Shown in pieces: positions 19,631-34,600 of a DNA stretch of 64,000 bases (within the stretch, counting starts at the first letter, position 1; every line of letters starts with the position of its first letter). The DNA comes from Eledone cirrhosa (lineage: Eukaryota). The position numbers and the translations under genes were made by a program. Below the pieces are notes generated by a model, which was not told where the DNA came from, made no database searches, and saw only the letters and a list, made by a program, of their open reading frames with translations. Location of the stretch: the NCBI GenBank assembly GCA_964016885.1, contig OZ024741.1, positions 3,782,001 through 3,846,000 of the forward strand, in the 5' to 3' direction.

Positions 19631-22600
19631 GGAGGTTTTAAAGGATGCAGTGTCTCGACAGCTAATAGCTGATGAAGGTAGTTTGTTCCATGGAGGTTTT
19701 AAAGGATGCAGTGTCTCGACAGCTAACAACTGGTGCGAGTTGTTTGTTCCTTGGAGGTATTAAAGGATTCAGTGTCTCGACAGGTAACAACTGATGCAGG
19801 TAGTTTGTTCCATGGAGGTTTTAAAGGATCCAGTGTCTTGACAGCTAACAACTGATGCAGGTAGTTTGTTCCATGGAGGTTTTAAAGGATGCAGTGTCTC
19901 GACAGCTAACAACTGATTCTGGTAGTTTGTTCCATGGAGGTTTTAAAGGATGCAGTGTCTTGACAGCTAACAACTGGTGCTGGTAGTTTGTTCCATGGAG
20001 GTTTTAAAGGATGCAGTGTCTCGACAGCTAACAACTGATTCTGGTAGTTTGTTCCATGGAGGTTTCAAACGATCCAGTGTCTCGACAGCTAACAACTGAT
20101 GCAGGTAATTTGTTCCATGGATGTTTTAAAGGATGCAGTGTCTCGACAGCTAACAACTGATGCTGGTAGTTTGTTCCATGGAGATTTTAAAGGATCTAGT
20201 GTCTCGATAGCTAACAACTGATGCTGGTAGTTTGTTCCATGGAGGTTTTAAAGGATGCAGTGTCTCGACAGCTAACAACTGGTGCAGGTAGTTTGTTCCA
20301 TGGAGGTTTTAAAAGATCCAGTGTCTCGACAGCTAACAGCTGATGCTGGTAGTTTGTTCTATGGAGGTTTTAAAGGATGCAGTGTCTCGACAGCTAACAA
20401 CTGGTGCAGGTAGTTTGTTCCATGGAGGTTTTAAAGGATGCAGTGTCTCGACAGCTAACAACTGATGCAGGTAGTTTGTTCCATGGAGGTTTTAAAGGAT
20501 GCAGTATCTCAAAAGCTAACAACTGATGCAGGTAGTTTGTTCCATAGAGGTTTTAAAGGATGCAGTGTCCCGACAGCTAACAACTGATGCAGGTAGTGTG
20601 TTCCATGGAGGTTTTTAAGGATGCAGTGTCTCGACAGCTAACAACTGATGCAGGTAGTTTGTTCCATAGAGGTTTTTAAGGATGCAGTGTCTCGACAGCT
20701 AACAACTGATGCAGGTAGTTTGTTCCATGGAGGTTTTAATGGATCCAGTGTCTCGACAGCTAACAAATGATGCCGGTAGTTTGTTCCATGGAGGTTTTAA
20801 TGGATCCAGTGTCTCGACAGCTAACAACTGATGCAGGTAGTTTGTTCCATGGAGGTTTTAAAGGATGCAGTGTCTCGACAGCTAATAGCTGATGAAGGTA
20901 GTTTGTTCCATGGAGGTTTTAAAGGATGCAGTGTCTCGACAGCTAACAACTGGTGCGAGTTGTTTGTTCCTTGGAGGTATTAAAGGATTCAGTGTCTCGA
21001 CAGGTAACAACTGATGCAGGTAGTTTGTTCCATGGAGGTTTTAAAGGATCCAGTGTCTTGACAGCTAACAACTGATGCAGGTAGTTTGTTCCATGGAGGT
21101 TTTAAAGGATGCAGTGTCTCGACAGCTAACAACTGATTCTGGTAGTTTGTTCCATGGAGGTTTTAAAGGATGCAGTGTCTTGACAGCTAACAACTGGTGC
21201 TGGTAGTTTGTTCCATGGAGGTTTTAAAGGATGCAGTGTCTCGACAGCTAACAACTGATTCTGGTAGTTTGTTCCATGGAGGTTTCAAACGATCCAGTGT
21301 CTCGACAGCTAACAACTGATGCAGGTAATTTGTTCCATGGATGTTTTAAAGGATGCAGTGTCTCGACAGCTAACAACTGATGCTGGTAGTTTGTTCCATG
21401 GAGATTTTAAAGGATCTAGTGTCTCGATAGCTAACAACTGATGCTGGTAGTTTGTTCCATGGAGGTTTTAAAGGATGCAGTGTCTCGACAGCTAACAACT
21501 GGTGCAGGTAGTTTGTTCCATGGAGGTTTTAAAAGATCCAGTGTCTCGACAGCTAACAGCTGATGCTGGTAGTTTGTTCTATGGAGGTTTTAAAGGATGC
21601 AGTGTCTCGACAGCTAACAACTGGTGCAGGTAGTTTGTTCCATGGAGGTTTTAAAGGATGCAGTGTCTCGACAGCTAACAACTGATGCAGGTAGTTTGTT
21701 CCATGGAGGTTTTAAAGGATGCAGTATCTCAAAAGCTAACAACTGATGCAGGTAGTTTGTTCCATAGAGGTTTTAAAGGATGCAGTGTCCCGACAGCTAA
21801 CAACTGATGCAGGTAGTGTGTTCCATGGAGGTTTTTAAGGATGCAGTGTCTCGACAGCTAACAACTGATGCAGGTAGTTTGTTCCATAGAGGTTTTTAAG
21901 GATGCAGTGTCTCGACAGCTAACAACTGATGCAGGTAGTTTGTTCCATGGAGGTTTTAATGGATCCAGTGTCTCGACAGCTAACAAATGATGCCGGTAGT
22001 TTGTTCCATGGAGGTTTTAATGGATCCAGTGTCTCGACAGCTAACAACTGATGCAGGTAGTTTGTTCCATGGAGGTTTTAAAGGATGCAGTGTCTCGACA
22101 GCTAATAGCTGATGAAGGTAGTTTCTTCCATGGAGGTTTTAAAGGATGCAGTGTCTCGACAGCTAACAACTGGTGCGAGTTGTTTGTTCCTTGGAGGTAT
22201 TAAAGGATTCAGTGTCTCGACAGGTAACAACTGATGCAGGTAGTTTGTTCCATGGAGGTTTTAAAGGATCCAGTGTCTTGACAGCTAACAACTGATGCAG
22301 GTAGTTTGTTCCATGGAGGTTTTAAAGGATGCAGTGTCTCGACAGCTAACAACTGATTCTGGTAGTTTGTTCCATGGAGGTTTTAAAGGATGCAGTGTCT
22401 TGACAGCTAACAACTGGTGCTGGTAGTTTGTTCCATGGAGGTTTTAAAGGATGCAGTGTCTCGACAGCTAACAACTGATTCTGGTAGTTTGTTCCATGGA
22501 GGTTTCAAACGATCCAGTGTCTCGACAGCTAACAACTGATGCAGGTAATTTGTTCCATGGATGTTTTAAAGGATGCAGTGTCTCGACAGCTAACAACTGA

Positions 22601-25600
22601 TGCTGGTAGTTTGTTCCATGGAGATTTTAAAGGATCTAGTGTCTCGATAGCTAACAACTGATGCTGGTAGTTTGTTCCATGGAGGTTTTAAAGGATGCAG
22701 TGTCTCGACAGCTAACAACTGGTGCAGGTAGTTTGTTCCATGGAGGTTTTAAAAGATCCAGTGTCTCGACAGCTAACAGCTGATGCTGGTAGTTTGTTCT
22801 ATGGAGGTTTTAAAGGATGCAGTGTCTCGACAGCTAACAACTGGTGCAGGTAGTTTGTTCCATGGAGGTTTTAAAGGATGCAGTGTCTCGACAGCTAACA
22901 ACTGATGCAGGTAGTTTGTTCCATGGAGGTTTTAAAGGATGCAGTATCTCAAAAGCTAACAACTGATGCAGGTAGTTTGTTCCATAGAGGTTTTAAAGGA
23001 TGCAGTGTCCCGACAGCTAACAACTGATGCAGGTAGTGTGTTCCATGGAGGTTTTTAAGGATGCAGTGTCTCGACAGCTAACAACTGATGCAGGTAGTTT
23101 GTTCCATAGAGGTTTTTAAGGATGCAGTGTCTCGACAGCTAACAACTGATGCAGGTAGTTTGTTCCATGGAGGTTTTAATGGATCCAGTGTCTCGACAGC
23201 TAACAAATGATGCCGGTAGTTTGTTCCATGGAGGTTTTAATGGATCCAGTGTCTCGACAGCTAACAACTAATGAAGGTAGTTTGTTCCATGGAGGTTTTA
23301 AAGGATCCAGTGTCTCGACAGCTAACAACTGATGTAGGTAGTTTGTTCCATGGAGGTTTTAAAGGATGCAGTGTCCCGACAGCTAACAACTGATGCAGGT
23401 AGTGTGTTCCATGGAGGTTTTTTAAGGATGCAGTGTCTCGACAGCTAACAACTGATGCAGGTAGTTTGTTCCATGGAGGTTTTAATGGATCCAGTGTCTC
23501 GACAGCTAACAACTGATGCAGGTAGTTTGTTCCATGGAGGTTTTAAAGGATGCAGTGTCTCGACAGCTAACAATTGATGCAGGAAGTTTGTTCCATGGAG
23601 GTTTTAATGGATCCAGTGTCTCAACAGCTAACAACTGATGAAGGTAGTTTGTTCCATGGATGTTTTAAAGGATGCAGTGTCTCGACAGCTAACAACTGAT
23701 GCAGGTAGTTTGTTCCATGGAGGTTTTAAAGGAAGCACTGTCTCGACAGCTAACAACTGATGCAGGTAGTTTGTTCCATAGAGGTTTTAAAGGATGCAAT
23801 GTCTCGACAGCTAACAACTGATGCAGGTAGTTTGTTCCATGGAGGTTTTAAAGGATGCAGTGTCTCGACAGCTAACAACTGATGCAGGTAGTTTGTTCCA
23901 TGGAGGTTTTAAAGGATGTAGTGTCTCGACAGCTAACAACTGATGCAGGTAGTTTGTTCCATGGATGTTTTTAAGGATGCAGTGTCTCGACAGCTAACAC
24001 CGGATGCAGGTAGTTTGTTCCATAGAGGTTTTAAAGGATGCAGTGTCTCGACAGCTAATAACTGGTGCTGGTAGTTTGTTCCATGGAGGTTTTAAAGGAT
24101 CCAGTGTCTCAACAGCTAACAACTGATGCTGGTAGTTTGTTCCATGGAGGTTTTAAAGGATGCAGTGTCTCGACAGCTAATAACTGATGAAGGTAGTTTG
24201 TTCCATGGAGGTTTTAAAGGATGCAGTGTCTCGACAGCTAACAACTGGTGCTGGTAGTTTATTCCTTGGAGGTATTAAAGGATTCAGTGTCTCGACAGCT
24301 AACAACAGATTCTGGTAGTTTGTTCCATGGAGGTTTCAAACGATCCAGTGTCTCGACAGATAACAAGTGATGCAGGTAGTTTGTTCCATGGATGTTTTAA
24401 AGGATGCAGTGTCTCGACAGCTAACAAGTGATGCAGGTAATTTGTTCCATGGAGGTTTTAAAGGATGCAGTGTCTCGACAGCTAACAACTGGTGCTGGTA
24501 GTTTGTTCCTTGGAGGTATTAAAGGATTCAGTGTCTCGACAGCTAACAACTGATTCTGGTAGTTTGTTCCATGGAGGTTTCAAACGATCCAGTGTCTCGA
24601 CAGATAACAAGTGATGCAGGTAGTTTGTTCCATGGATGTTTTAAAGGATGCAGTGTCTCGACAGCTAACAACTGATGCAGGTAGTTTGTTCCATGGAGGT
24701 TTTAAAGGATACAGTGTCTCGACAGCTAACAACTGATTCTGGTAGTTTGTTCCATGGAGGTTTCAAACGATCCAGTGTCTCGACAGCTAACAACTGATGC
24801 AGGTAGTTTGTTCCATGGATGTTTTAAAGGATGCAGTGTCTCGACAGCTAACAACTGATGCTGGTAGTTTGTTCCATGGAGATTTTAAAGGATCTAGTGT
24901 CTCGATAGCTAACAACTGATGCTGGTAGTTTGTTCCATGGAGGTTTTAAAGGATCCAGTGTCTCGACAGCTAACAGCTGATGCTGGTAGTTTGTTCCATG
25001 GAGGTTGTAAAGGATGCAGTGTCTCGACAGCTAACAACTGATGCAGGTAGTTTGTTCCATGGAGGTTTTAAAGGATGCAGTATCTCAAAAGCTAACAACT
25101 GATGCAGGTAGTTTGTTCCATGGAGGTTTTAATGGATCCAGTGTCTCGACAGCTAACAACTAATGAAGGTAGTTTGTTCCATGGAGGTTTTAAAGGATCC
25201 AGTGTCTCGACAGCTAACAACTGATGCAGGTAGTTTGTTCCATGGATGTTTTAAAGGATGCAGTGTCTCGACAGCTAACAACTGATGCAGGTAGTTTGTT
25301 CCATGGAGGTTTTAAAGGATACAGTGTCTCGACAGCTAACAACTGATTCTGGTAGTTTGTTCCATGGAGGTTTCAAACGATCCAGTGTCTCGACAGCTAA
25401 CAACTGATGCAGGTAGTTTGTTCCATGGATGTTTTAAAGGATCCAGTGTCTCGACAGCTAACAACTGATGCTGGTAGTTTGTTCCATGGAGATTTTAAAG
25501 GATCTAGTGTCTCGATAGCTAACAACTGATGCTGGTAGTTTGTTCCATGGAGGTTTTAAAGGATCCAGTGTCTCGACAGCTAACAGCTGATGCTGGTAGT

Positions 25601-28600
25601 TTGTTCCATGGAGGTTGTAAAGGATGCAGTGTCTCGACAGCTAACAACTGATGCAGGTAGTTTGTTCCATGGAGGTTTTAAAGGATGCAGTATCTCAAAA
25701 GCTAACAACTGATGCAGGTAGTTTGTTCCATGGAGGTTTTAATGGATCCAGTGTCTCGACAGCTAACAACTAATGAAGGTAGTTTGTTCCATGGAGGTTT
25801 TAAAGGATCCAGTGTCTCGACAGCTAACAACTGATGCAGGTAGTTTGTTCCATAGAGGTTTTTAAGGATGCAGTGTCTCGACAGCTAACAACTGATGCAG
25901 GTAGTTTGTTCCATGGAGGTTTTAATGGATCCAGTGTCTCGACAGCTAACAAATGATGCCGGTAGTTTGTTCCATGGAGGTTTTAATGGATCCAGTGTCT
26001 CGACAGCTAACAACTAATGAAGGTAGTTTGTTCCATGGAGGTTTTAAAGGATCCAGTGTCTCGACAGCTAACAACTGATGTAGGTAGTTTGTTCCATGGA
26101 GGTTTTAAAGGATGCAGTGTCCCGACAGCTAACAACTGATGCAGGTAGTGTGTTCCATGGAGGTTTTTTAAGGATGCAGTGTCTCGACAGCTAACAACTG
26201 ATGCAGGTAGTTTGTTCCATGGAGGTTTTAATGGATCCAGTGTCTCGACAGCTAACAACTGATGCAGGTAGTTTGTTCCATGGAGGTTTTAAAGGATGCA
26301 GTGTCTCGACAGCTAACAATTGATGCAGGAAGTTTGTTCCATGGAGGTTTTAATGGATCCAGTGTCTCAACAGCTAACAACTGATGAAGGTAGTTTGTTC
26401 CATGGATGTTTTAAAGGATGCAGTGTCTCGACAGCTAACAACTGATGCAGGTAGTTTGTTCCATGGAGGTTTTAAAGGAAGCACTGTCTCGACAGCTAAC
26501 AACTGATGCAGGTAGTTTGTTCCATAGAGGTTTTAAAGGATGCAATGTCTCGACAGCTAACAACTGATGCAGGTAGTTTGTTCCATGGAGGTTTTAAAGG
26601 ATGCAGTGTCTCGACAGCTAACAACTGATGCAGGTAGTTTGTTCCATGGAGGTTTTAAAGGATGTAGTGTCTCGACAGCTAACAACTGATGCAGGTAGTT
26701 TGTTCCATGGATGTTTTTAAGGATGCAGTGTCTCGACAGCTAACACCGGATGCAGGTAGTTTGTTCCATAGAGGTTTTAAAGGATGCAGTGTCTCGACAG
26801 CTAATAACTGGTGCTGGTAGTTTGTTCCATGGAGGTTTTAAAGGATCCAGTGTCTCAACAGCTAACAACTGATGCTGGTAGTTTGTTCCATGGAGGTTTT
26901 AAAGGATGCAGTGTCTCGACAGCTAATAACTGATGAAGGTAGTTTGTTCCATGGAGGTTTTAAAGGATGCAGTGTCTCGACAGCTAACAACTGGTGCTGG
27001 TAGTTTATTCCTTGGAGGTATTAAAGGATTCAGTGTCTCGACAGCTAACAACAGATTCTGGTAGTTTGTTCCATGGAGGTTTCAAACGATCCAGTGTCTC
27101 GACAGATAACAAGTGATGCAGGTAGTTTGTTCCATGGATGTTTTAAAGGATGCAGTGTCTCGACAGCTAACAAGTGATGCAGGTAATTTGTTCCATGGAG
27201 GTTTTAAAGGATGCAGTGTCTCGACAGCTAACAACTGGTGCTGGTAGTTTGTTCCTTGGAGGTATTAAAGGATTCAGTGTCTCGACAGCTAACAACTGAT
27301 TCTGGTAGTTTGTTCCATGGAGGTTTCAAACGATCCAGTGTCTCGACAGATAACAAGTGATGCAGGTAGTTTGTTCCATGGATGTTTTAAAGGATGCAGT
27401 GTCTCGACAGCTAACAACTGATGCAGGTAGTTTGTTCCATGGAGGTTTTAAAGGATACAGTGTCTCGACAGCTAACAACTGATTCTGGTAGTTTGTTCCA
27501 TGGAGGTTTCAAACGATCCAGTGTCTCGACAGCTAACAACTGATGCAGGTAGTTTGTTCCATGGATGTTTTAAAGGATGCAGTGTCTCGACAGCTAACAA
27601 CTGATGCTGGTAGTTTGTTCCATGGAGATTTTAAAGGATCTAGTGTCTCGATAGCTAACAACTGATGCTGGTAGTTTGTTCCATGGAGGTTTTAAAGGAT
27701 CCAGTGTCTCGACAGCTAACAGCTGATGCTGGTAGTTTGTTCCATGGAGGTTGTAAAGGATGCAGTGTCTCGACAGCTAACAACTGATGCAGGTAGTTTG
27801 TTCCATGGAGGTTTTAAAGGATGCAGTATCTCAAAAGCTAACAACTGATGCAGGTAGTTTGTTCCATGGAGGTTTTAATGGATCCAGTGTCTCGACAGCT
27901 AACAACTAATGAAGGTAGTTTGTTCCATGGAGGTTTTAAAGGATGCAGTGTCACGACAGCTAACAACTGATGCAGGTAGTTTGTTCCATAGAGGTTTTTA
28001 AGGATGCAGTGTCTTGACAGCTAACAACTGATGCAGGTAGTTTGTTCCATGGAGGTTTTAATGGATCCAGTGTCTCGACAGCTAACAACTACTGAAGGTA
28101 GTTTGTTCCATGGAGGTTTTAAAGGATGCAGTGTCTCGACAGCTAACAACTGATGTAGTTAGTTTGTTCCATGGAGGTTTTAAAGGATGCAGTGTCTCGA
28201 CAGCTAACAATTGATGCAGGTAGTTTGTTCCATGGAGGTTTTAAAGGATGCAGTGTCGCGACAGCTGACAACTGATGCAAGTAGTTTGTTCAATGGAGGT
28301 TTTAAAGGGTGTAGTGTCTCGACAGCTAACAATTGATGCAGGTAGTTTGTTCCATGGAGGTTTTAAAGGATGCAGTGTCTCGACAGCTAACAACTGATGC
28401 AAGTAGTTTGTTCCATGGAGGTTTTAAAGGATGCAGTGTCTCGAGAGCTAACAATTGATGCAGGTAGTTTATTCCATGGAGGTTTTAATGGATCCAGTGT
28501 CTCAACAGCTAACAACTGATGAAGGTAGTTTGTTCCATGGATGTTTTAAAGGATGCAGTGTCTCGACAGCTAACAACTGATGCAGGTAGTTTGTTCCATA

Positions 28601-31600
28601 GAGGTTTTAAAGGATGCAGTGTCTCGACAGCTAACAACTGATGCAGGTAGTTTGTTCCATGGAAGTTTTAAAGGATGCAGTGTCTCGACAGCTAACATCT
28701 GATGCAGGTAGTTTGTTCCATGGAGGTTTTAAAGGATGTAGTGTCTCGACAGCTAACAACTGATGCAGGTAGTTTGTTCCATGGATGTTTTAAAGGATGC
28801 AGTGTCTCGACAGCTAACAACTGATGCAGGTAGTTTGTTCCATAGAGGTTTTAAAGGATGCAGTGTCTCGACAGCTAACAATTGATGCAGGTAGTTTGTT
28901 CCATGGAGATTCTAAAGGATGCAGTGTCTCGACAGCTAACAACTGATGCAGGTAGTTTGTTCCATGGATGTTTTAAAGGATGCAGTGTCTCGACAGCTAA
29001 CAACTGGTGCTGGTAGTTTGTTCCATGGAGGTTTTAAAGGATCCAGTGTCTCAACAGCTAACAACTGATGCTGGTAGTTTGTTCCATGGAGGTTTTAAAG
29101 GATGCAGTGTCTCGACAGCTAACAACTGGTGCAAGTTGTTTGTTCCCAGGAGGTATTAAAGGATTCAGTGTCTCGACAGCTAACAACTGGTGCTGGTAGT
29201 TTGTTCCATAGAGGTTTTTAAGGATCCAGTGTCTTGACAGCTAACAACTGATGCTGGTAGTTTGTTCCATGGAGGCTTTAAAGGATGCAGTGTCTCGACA
29301 GCTAACAACTGGTGCTGGTAGTTTATTCCTTGGAGGTATTAAAGGATTCAGTGTCTCGACAGCTAACAACAGATTCTGGTAGTTTGTTCCATGGAGGTTT
29401 CAAACGATCCAGTGTCTCGACAGATAACAAGTGATGCAGGTAGTTTGTTCCATGGATGTTTTAAAGGATGCAGTGTCTCGACAGCTAACAAGTGATGCAG
29501 GTAATTTGTTCCATGGAGGTTTTAAAGGATGCAGTGTCTCGACAGCTAACAACTGGTGCTGGTAGTTTGTTCCTTGGAGGTATTAAAGGATTCAGTGTCT
29601 CGACAGCTAACAACTGATTCTGGTAGTTTGTTCCATGGAGGTTTCAAACGATCCAGTGTCTCGACAGATAACAAGTGATGCAGGTAGTTTGTTCCATGGA
29701 TGTTTTAAAGGATGCAGTGTCTCGACAGCTAACAACTGATGCAGGTAGTTTGTTCCATGGAGGTTTTAAAGGATACAGTGTCTCGACAGCTAACAACTGA
29801 TTCTGGTAGTTTGTTCCATGGAGGTTTCAAACGATCCAGTGTCTCGACAGCTAACAACTGATGCAGGTAGTTTGTTCCATGGATGTTTTAAAGGATGCAG
29901 TGTCTCGACAGCTAACAACTGATGCTGGTAGTTTGTTCCATGGAGATTTTAAAGGATCTAGTGTCTCGATAGCTAACAACTGATGCTGGTAGTTTGTTCC
30001 ATGGAGGTTTTAAAGGATCCAGTGTCTCGACAGCTAACAGCTGATGCTGGTAGTTTGTTCCATGGAGGTTGTAAAGGATGCAGTGTCTCGACAGCTAACA
30101 ACTGATGCAGGTAGTTTGTTCCATGGAGGTTTTAAAGGATGCAGTATCTCAAAAGCTAACAACTGATGCAGGTAGTTTGTTCCATGGAGGTTTTAATGGA
30201 TCCAGTGTCTCGACAGCTAACAACTAATGAAGGTAGTTTGTTCCATGGAGGTTTTAAAGGATGCAGTGTCACGACAGCTAACAACTGATGCAGGTAGTTT
30301 GTTCCATAGAGGTTTTTAAGGATGCAGTGTCTTGACAGCTAACAACTGATGCAGGTAGTTTGTTCCATGGAGGTTTTAATGGATCCAGTGTCTCGACAGC
30401 TAACAACTACTGAAGGTAGTTTGTTCCATGGAGGTTTTAAAGGATGCAGTGTCTCGACAGCTAACAACTGATTCTGGTAGTTTGTTCCATGGAGGTTTTA
30501 AAGGATGCAGTGTCTCGACAGCTAACAACTGATGCAAGTAGTTTGTTCAATGGAGGTTTTAAAGGGTGCAGTGTCTCGACAGCTAACAATTGATGCAGGT
30601 AGTTTGTTCCATGGAGGTTTTAAAGGATGCAGTGTCGCGACAGCTGACAACTGATGCAAGTAGTTTGTTCAATGGAGGTTTTAAAGGGTGTAGTGTCTCG
30701 ACAGCTAACAATTGATGCAGGTAGTTTGTTCCATGGAGGTTTTAAAGGATGCAGTGTCTCGACAGCTAACAACTGGTGCTGGTAGTTTGTTCCATGGAGG
30801 TTTTAAAGGATGCAGTGTCTCGACAGCTAACAACTGATTCTGGCAGTTTGTTCCATGGAGGTTTCAAACGATCCAGTGTCTCGACAGCTAACAACTGATG
30901 CAGGTAGTTTGTTCCATGGATGTTTTAAAGGATGCAGTGTCTCGACAGCTAACAACTGATGCTGGTAGTTTGTTCCATGGAGATTTTAAAGGATCTAGTG
31001 TCTCGATAGCTAACAACTGATGCTGGTAGTTTGTTCCATGGAGGTTTTAAAGGATGCAGTGTCTCGACAGCTAACAACTGGTGCAGGTAGTTTGTTCCAT
31101 GGAGGTTTTAAAGGATCCAATGTCTCGACAGCTAACAGCTGATGCTGGTAGTTTGTTCTATGGAGGTTTTAAAGGATGCAGTGTCTCGACAGCTAACAAC
31201 TGGTGCAGGTAGTTTGTTCCATGGAGGTTTTAAAGGATGCAGTGTTTCGACAGCTAACAACTGATGAGGGTAGTTTGTTCCATGGAGGTTTTAAAAGATG
31301 CAGTGTCTCGACAGCTAACAACTGATGCAGGTAGTTTGTTCCATGGAGGTTTTAAAGGATGCAGTATCTCAAAAGCTAACAACTGATGCAGGTAGTTTGT
31401 TCCATAGAGGTTTTAAAGGATGCAGTGTCCCGACAGCTAACAACTGATGCAGGTAGTGTGTTCCATGGAGGTTTTTAAGGATGCAGTGTCTCGACAGCTA
31501 ACAACTGATGCAGGTAGTTTGTTCCATAGAGGTTTTTAAGGATGCAGTGTCTCGACAGCTAACAACTGATGCAGGTAGTTTGTTCCATGGAGGTTTTAAT

Positions 31601-34600
31601 GGATCCAGTGTCTCGACAGCTAACAACTGGTGCAGGTAGTTTGTTCCATGGAGGTTTTAAAGGATGCAGTGTCTCGACAGCTAACAACTGATGCAGGTAG
31701 TTTGTTCCATGGAGGTTTTAAAGGATGCAGTATCTCAAAAGCTAACAACTGATGCAGGTAGTTTGTTCCATAGAGGTTTTAAAGGATGCAGTGTCCCGAC
31801 AGCTAACAACTGATGCAGGTAGTGTGTTCCATGGAGGTTTTTAAGGATGCAGTGTCTCGACAGCTAACAACTGATGCAGGTAGTTTGTTCCATAGAGGTT
31901 TTTAAGGATGCAGTGTCTCGACAGCTAACAACTGATGCAGGTAGTTTGTTCCATGGAGGTTTTAATGGATCCAGTGTCTCGACAGCTAACAAATGATACC
32001 GGTAGTTTGTTCCATGGAGGTTTTAAAGGATCTAGTGTCCTGACAGCTAACAACTGATGCAGGTAGTGTGTTCCATGGAGGTTTTTAAGGATGCAGTGTC
32101 CCGACAGCTAACAACTGATGCAGGTAGTTTGTTCCATAGAGGTTTTTAAAGATGCAGTGTCTCGACAGCTAACAACTTATGCAGGTAGTTTGTTCCATGG
32201 AGGTTTTAATGGATCCAGTGTCTCGACAGCTAACAACTAATGGAGGTAGTTTGTTCCATAGAGGTTTTAAAGGATCCAGTGTCTCGACAGCTAACAACTG
32301 ATGTAGGTAGTTTGTTCCATGGAGGTTTTAAAGGATGCAGTGTCTCGACAGCTAACAACTGATGCAAGTAGTTTGTTCCATGGAGGTTTTAAAGGATGCA
32401 GTGTCTCGACAGCTAACAACTGATGCAAGTAGTTTGTTCCATGGAGGTTTTAAAGGATCCAGTGTCTCGACAGCTAACAACTGATGCAGGTAGTTTATTC
32501 CATAGAGGTTTTAAAGGATGCAGTGTCTCGACAGCTAACAACTGATGCAGGTAGTTTGTACCATAGAGGTTTTTAAGGATGCAGTGTCTCGACAGCTAAC
32601 AACTGTTGCAGGTAGTTTGTTCCATGGAGGTTTTAATGGATCCAGTGTCTCGACAGCTAACAACTAATGAAGGTAGTTTGTTCCATGGAGGTTTTAAAGG
32701 ATCCAGTGTCTCGACAGCTAACAACTGATGTAGGTAGTTTGTTCCATGGAGGTTTTAATGGATCCAGGGTCTCGACAGCTAACAACTAATGGAGGTAGTT
32801 TGTTCCATGGAGGTTTTAAAGGATGCAGTGTCTCGACAGCTAACAACTGATGCAAGTAGTTTGTTCCATGGAGGTTTTAAAGGATGCAGTGTCTCGAGAG
32901 CTAACAATTGATGCAGGTAGTTTATTCCATGGAGGTTTTAATGGATCCAGTGTCTCAACAGCTAACAACTGATGAAGGTAGTTTGTTCCATGGATGTTTT
33001 AAAGGATGCAGTGTCTCGACAGCTAACAACTGATGCAGGTAGTTTGTTCCATAGAGGTTTTAAAGGATGCAGTGTCTCGACAGCTAACAACTGATGCAGG
33101 TAGTTTGTTCCATGGAAGTTTTAAAGGATGCAGTGTCTCGACAGCTAACATCTGATGCAGGTAGTTTGTTCCATGGAGGTTTTAAAGGATGTAGTGTCTC
33201 GACAGCTAACAACTGATGCAGGTAGTTTGTTCCATGGATGTTTTAAAGGATGCAGTGTCTCGACAGCTAACAACTGATGCAGGTAGTTTGTTCCATAGAG
33301 GTTTTAAAGGATGCAGTGTCTCGACAGCTAACAATTGATGCAGGTAGTTTGTTCCATGGAGATTCTAAAGGATGCAGTGTCTCGACAGCTAACAACTGAT
33401 GCAGGTAGTTTGTTCCATGGATGTTTTAAAGGATGCAGTGTCTCGACAGCTAACAACTGGTGCTGGTAGTTTGTTCCATGGAGGTTTTAAAGGATCCAGT
33501 GTCTCAACAGCTAACAACTGATGCTGGTAGTTTGTTCCATGGAGGTTTTAAAGGATGCAGTGTCTCGACAGCTAACAACTGGTGCAAGTTGTTTGTTCCC
33601 AGGAGGTATTAAAGGATTCAGTGTCTCGACAGCTAACAACTGGTGCTGGTAGTTTGTTCCATAGAGGTTTTTAAGGATCCAGTGTCTTGACAGCTAACAA
33701 CTGATGCTGGTAGTTTGTTCCATGGAGGCTTTAAAGGATGCAGTGTCTCGACAGCTAAAACTGATGCAGCTAGTTTGTTCCATGGAGGTTTTAAAGGATG
33801 CAGTGTCTCGACAGCTAACAACTGATTCTGGTAGTTTGTTCCATGGAGGTTTCAAACGATCCAGTGTCTCGACAGCTAACAACTGATGCAGGTAGTTTGT
33901 TCCATGGATGTTCTAAAGGATGCAGTGTCTCGACAGCTAACAACTGATGAGGGTAGTTTGTTCCATGGAGGTTTTAAAGGATGCAGTGTCTCGACAGCTA
34001 ACAACTGATGCAGGTAGTTTGTTCTATGGATGTTTTAAAGGATGCAGTATCTCAAAAGCTAACAACTGATGCAGGTAGTTTGTTCCATAGAGGTTTTAAA
34101 GGATGCAGTGTCCCGACAGCTAACAACTGATGCAGGTAGTGTGTTCCATGGAGGTTTTTAAGGATGCAGTGTCTCGACAGCTAACAACTGATGCAGGAAG
34201 TTTGTTCCATAGAGGTTTTAAAGGATGCAGTGTCTCGACAGCTAACAACTGATGCAGGTAGTTTGTTCCATGGAAGTTTTAAAGGATGCAGTGTCTCGAC
34301 AGCTAACATCTGATGCAGGTAGATTGTTCCATGGAGGTTTTAAAGGATGTAGTGTCTCGACAGCTAACAACTGATGCAGGTAGTTTGTTCCATGGATGTT
34401 TTAAAGGATGCAGTGTCTCGACAGCTAACAACTGATGCAGGTAGTTTGTTCCATAGAGGTTTTAAAGGATGCAGTGTCTCGACAGCTAACATCTGATGCA
34501 GGTAGTTTGTTCCATGGAGGTTTTAAAGGATGTAGTGTCTCGACAGCTAACAACTGATGCAGGTAGTTTGTTCCATGGATGTTTTAAAGGATGCAGTGTC

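Noticed and set aside
31255-31320. CTGATGA variants in satellite monomers as hammerhead cores
   Set aside because: There is no downstream GAAA or stems II and III. They are point variants of CTGATGC.
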